A stretch of DNA of 64,000 nucleotides from assembly GCA_029856155.1 (NCBI GenBank), contig JAHQWL010000081.1:1-64000 (forward strand), given 5' to 3'. The notes below the pieces were generated by a model that saw only the letters and a program-made list of their open reading frames with translations, was not told where the DNA came from and searched no databases. This document shows positions 62,131-64,000 of the stretch, in pieces; within the stretch, counting starts at the first letter, position 1; every line of letters begins with the position of its first letter. Source of the DNA: Promethearchaeia archaeon. GTDB taxonomy: Archaea; Asgardarchaeota; Lokiarchaeia; Sigyniarchaeales; SOKP01. Made by a program: the position numbers and the translations under genes.

Positions 62131-62205
62131 TGGCCTGGGGGGGATTTGAACCCTCGATATCTGGCTCCGCAAGCCAGCGCCCTATCCAAGCTGGACTACC
62201 AAGCC
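62131..62205 (-). tRNA. tRNA-Arg (anticodon GCG), intronless, CCA not encoded
   Basis: GGCTTGG/CCAGGCC acceptor stem, GTCC/GGGC D-stem, CTGGC-TTGCGGA-GCCAG anticodon arm, TTCAAAT T-loop. Confidence 0.95.
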
Positions 62206-62342
62206 ATTATAATCTTTATATGTAATTCTTGATAAATAATTATTTTCTCTAATAAGTATTGTATTTATTTTAATATTTCAAGATTAAAAATGTAATCTAA
62301 TGCAAAAAAATTAAAAAAAAGATAAAAAAAGGGTTAATAATG

Positions 62343-64000
62343 CTAGTATTCTCTCATAATTTCTGTATAGAGATTCTCAATAAATTTGCTAAAATTGTCT
62401 TTATCATATTTGACATTAAGTAAGTGCCATAATATCTTTGGAATATGCTTTTGATCTTCATATACGGGAATCAGTTTTATCAAACCTTCTTTTCTCATTT
62501 GGAACGCTGCTTGCCATTCATCTTTTACAGCTTTAGATTTCACAGAATTTTCGCTACAAAAGAGTAGAAAGGTATTACTTACTTCTAGTGTTTCTTCCAT
62601 GAATTCTACGATGTTTGGTTTGCTATCTTTTTCCCAATACGAGACTTGGTTGATGTTAGGATACTTTTTGAGCTCTTCACAATCTTTTCTATCTGAAAAT
62701 GATCTCGATCAGCGGTAGAATAACTTATAAAGAGATTATACTTTTTTTCTTCCTCTTTCTTTATTATAGGTGGAGGGATAACCGCTTTTTTTATTTCTCT
62801 TTCTTTAACGGGTGGAGCTACTTCTTCCTTTATAACTGGTTTAGAAATTTCTACTTCTAATTCTTTACAATCTTCAACCTTTTCATTTGCTCTGTTAAAA
62901 ATGTAGTAGAAATCATACATATCCGCGGTATCTTGAATTTTTCCTAAATTTTTATAAGCTAATTTAATTTTCCTTTCCCTTATGAGATAATCGACAAAAT
63001 CCAGCTTTTCTTCAAGTTTAGCTCTAACTTTTTCTTTTTTCTTCTCACTTATTTCTTTTTCCTTCTTTGTTGGAATTGATATTCTCTTTTTTATAATTAT
63101 GGCTGCCCCCGTAACTCCAACAACTACTAAACCAATTATCAAAACGATTATTAAAATATCAAAAGGAAATCCACTAGGTAGCCTTGGTAAAATATTATTT
63201 AAACCAATATTATTTCCAACACCCGTATCTACAATTGCTTGACCATTATTCAATAGAGTGTTCCAATCAATAGAATTATAGTTAGACTGATCCAGAAATA
63301 TTCCTATTCCGTTGTTGTTTATTATATTATTTGTTATATTATTATAATGACTGTTAGATAAATGAATACCATATAGCTCGTTAAAATTTATTGTCTCTTT
63401 ATTATTAAGGATATCGATATTACTACAATCAATCAATACAATTCCAGACCTCTCATTGTTATTAATTGAATTCTCTGTTATCAAAATGTTTTGACAAGAA
63501 TCTAAAATTATTCCATTCGCGTTATTAAACGAACAATTATTATAGATTAATTCACCATTTATCGTTGAGTCTAGTTTAATTCCCCCATCATAAAGATCGT
63601 CGCCAGAATTATAAAAAGTACAATTTTCAATCCTGAAATCTACATTCGAATTTCTAATTGTAAGACAACTAGTTGAATTCAAGCCATCAATTGTAATTAA
63701 TCCAATTATATATGGATCATTTAAAGTACCAGAACCATAAATCCATGCTAATTGGCTAATACATTCTACCCACGTAAAATCTCCAGTTCCACTATCATCA
63801 ATAATAATTGGATCTGTGAAACCATTTTCAACATTCCAATTAAAGATATTATTTACACCACCACTTTCATAGATACTATATAAGTTTCCAATGAATACAT
63901 TACCTATGACCTTAGTATTATTGCTGCTCCATAAATACAGTCCCGCAAAAGTGTTATAATTTGCTATATTACTTGCAACGATGGCATTATTGCAGTTCCA
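62343..64000 (-). CDS. Receptor-like protein: NosD/CASH beta-helix ectodomain, single TM, cytoplasmic TIR domain (frameshift near 62679; 5' end beyond window)
   Basis: Frame open from 64000; N...GI.L..S.N repeats; TM; FISYS box then shifted frame YWEKDS...LLFCSENSVKSKAVKDEW. Confidence 0.85.

Noticed and set aside
62131-62343. tRNA as attachment site of an integrated element
   Set aside because: No integrase or duplicated tRNA end visible in the window

Overview
AT-rich archaeal genomic DNA, most likely from an Asgard (Lokiarchaeia-like) archaeon. This rests on archaeal-type housekeeping genes (thermosome, eL40, eL38, NusA-like/pth2/truD, aspS, map, prs, thrS, ribL/ribK, tRNA-Arg(GCG)) mixed with eukaryotic-signature-type proteins (Rab-like GTPase, three longin-like domains, an Rpn11-like JAMM protein, translin). 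The strongest unexplained signal is a ~491-nt non-coding element at 17694-18184 (minus strand). It has an 11-bp perfect 5'/3' closing helix, many nested internal helices, a TATA box at the correct archaeal distance and a 10-T terminator, so it looks like an independently transcribed large structured ncRNA; I could not match it by eye to RNase P, SRP, tRNA or rRNA motifs. Other highlights: a BRO1-domain-like protein with a steadiness-box-like tail, a beta-helix/TM/TIR receptor-like gene (one frameshift) next to the tRNA, a decayed CheR-coiled coil-CheD fusion, an aldehyde dehydrogenase flanked by two SCP2-like paralogs, an acyltransferase-GT87-acyltransferase locus, tandem stand-alone 7TM genes, a wHTH-membrane gene with no canonical start codon, and two duplication scars. 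No CRISPR array, transposase, integrase or rRNA was seen. All family calls are by-eye motif recognition, not database searches.
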